Source: Craspedostauros australis
Taxonomy: Eukaryota
Direction: 5' to 3'
NCBI GenBank assembly: GCA_030167865.1
Contig: JALAGF010001455.1
Coordinates: forward strand, 62,001 to 108,493
DNA length: 46,493 bases
Part shown: positions 45,341 through 46,493 of the stretch, piece after piece
How positions within the stretch are numbered: the stretch's first letter is position 1
Layout of the letters: the number at the start of each line of letters is the position of its first letter
Translations under genes and position numbers: made by a program
Notes under the pieces: model-generated
Told to the model about the DNA's origin: nothing
The model's input: the letters and a program-made list of their open reading frames with translations, nothing else
Databases searched by the model: none

Positions 45341-46493
45341 CTACTCCTGGCCGGCAAGCACAAAATCCTGGAAGAGAATTTGGGCCATGCGGTCGAAAGC
45401 TTCGCCGTCACCGTGGTTGTCACGCGTGAAAGACCGAGTCTGCGCGCGATGCCCAACGGACTTGACAGGCGCAGCGGGGTCCCCACGGATGGTGCGAGCC
45501 AAAGTTGACACGTGGAGGTGAGGCGGAACTCGATGAGCGCCAGGCACCAGCTCGAGAGATGTCAGGTGGTGCTCGACGGGCACTCCGTGCAAACGGAGCC
45601 CTTCAAGGAACCGACGAGTGAGCTCCACGTCAGTGACCACACGCTGGTGCACAACACCTTCAGTTTGTTGGAACTCGAGGAGAGCGTTGGCGTACTGAAC
45701 AACGTCGTTGAAGTCGCCGTACACTGGAGCTTGGCTCACAGCGTTCTTGACCCGCATGTACGCATCCGACAGGAGCTGGTGTAGGAACACGAAGGACGAG
45801 AGCCGATGAGGCAAGATCCCAAAGCTCCCAGCGTGGAACATGCTGAGGGACGGGTGGTTGAGGTCGAGCACACCCGACTGCTGCAGTTTCTGCTCAAGCA
45901 ACCGGCCAGTGCGGAAGACTTGCGCTCTCGACGCGCCTTTCGGAATGACTGAGCAGGCGGGGTTGAAAGCCGAGAGAGGGCAGATGTGCGCCTCGACATT
46001 GGCAGCTTCACTCTGGAGCTGCGAGTACCACTTGAGGACGCTGGTGGGATCGTCCACCTCAAGCTTGACCTCCCAGCGCTGCCAGAAGCCGAGCGAATCA
46101 CGGTCAGGCTCGATGGGCGACTGCACAGCAACGTAGTGAAAGTGCTGGAGCACGGCGGGGTTGTTCTTTGCCATGGAGTAGGAAAGGCCTGAATCGGTGA
46201 TGTAATCAGCGGCCTCTGCACCGTCCTCGCCAACCTGGAGCGGACTGTCGGTGGTACCGGTGCCAGCCTGGAAGTCGTGAGCAGGGGCAATACCCTGATC
46301 AACACGCGGGGTCTCCACGCCAGGAGTGTCACCCGTAGGGCCAGGGTGTTCAGCGACACCTTCGCTTGCGCCTGCGCGCGCAGTAGGCTTGCCGTCAGCA
46401 ACGCCCGCAGTATCCGGAGGCAAAGCGGGGTCTTTGGGAACGGGGGCAGCGAACTTGCGAATGTCGCTGCGCGTGAGAGTGGGAAACCACTTG
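45341..46493 (-). CDS. Copia gag-like ORF, 5'-truncated, degenerate at its 3' end
   Basis: 360-aa ORF whose frame stays open to the window edge (KWFPTLTRSDIRKF...). It lies directly upstream of pol. No intact CCHC knuckle. Confidence 0.65.
   Translation of the reverse strand, partial: KWFPTLTRSDIRKFAAPVPKDPALPPDTAGVADGKPTARAGASEGVAEHPGPTGDTPGVETPRVDQGIAPAHDFQAGTGTTDSPLQVGEDGAEAADYITDSGLSYSMAKNNPAVLQHFHYVAVQSPIEPDRDSLGFWQRWEVKLEVDDPTSVLKWYSQLQSEAANVEAHICPLSAFNPACSVIPKGASRAQVFRTGRLLEQKLQQSGVLDLNHPSLSMFHAGSFGILPHRLSSFVFLHQLLSDAYMRVKNAVSQAPVYGDFNDVVQYANALLEFQQTEGVVHQRVVTDVELTRRFLEGLRLHGVPVEHHLTSLELVPGAHRVPPHLHVSTLARTIRGDPAAPVKSVGHRAQTRSFTRDNHGDGEAFDRMAQILFQDFVLAGQE

Larger units (their letters stand above)
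42661..46493 (-). mobile_element. Defective Ty1/Copia (CoDi-like) LTR retrotransposon, 5' end outside the window
   Basis: Order on the minus strand: gag-like ORF (open to the window edge, stop at 45341), protease (CDLGANVCAT), RT (KVRAVCDGS, NLQGHPEAPRLW, LRQVDDF, YRRAIGELIWAMISCRPDIAF), RNase H (FVDANWG...RRSVTG, STDAEFIAA, EDNRGA, RHIAVREF, ASDICTK), G9 polypurine tract, then a TG...CA LTR. Confidence 0.92.

Overview
Gene-dense eukaryotic nuclear DNA, most likely from a diatom. The evidence is ASAF-type bipartite plastid presequences, GT-AG introns, GC3-rich exons and a CoDi-like Copia element; the species cannot be determined from sequence alone. About 16 protein-coding genes can be supported, 8 of them reconstructed by hand across introns. 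In order they are: a 5'-truncated membrane enzyme that appears to fuse Mpo1/DUF962-like, 2OG-Fe(II) oxygenase-like and PEMT-like domains; exocyst Sec15; a plastid HAD phosphatase; a 4-exon 1,3-beta-glucan synthase; a PhyH-type dioxygenase; a ZNF706-like protein; MAP65/PRC1; an RVxF-like hypothetical protein; a small ShKT protein ending in KEEL; two thylakoid-lumen-type unknowns flanking a 60-aa single-TM microprotein; RPL27 with a long structured intron; a GtrA-like protein; a multi-pass membrane protein; and an ankyrin/coiled-coil/BTB protein. There is also a decayed pseudogene at about 19-20.6 kb and a defective Ty1/Copia retrotransposon whose 3' LTR ends 95 bp upstream of the ANK-BTB start codon. 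No CRISPR, rRNA or convincing tRNA was seen. The most interesting items are the three-domain lipid-enzyme fusion and the ANK-BTB gene, whose DARPin-like repeats vary mainly at binding positions. All family assignments come from motifs recognised by eye; no database searches were run.
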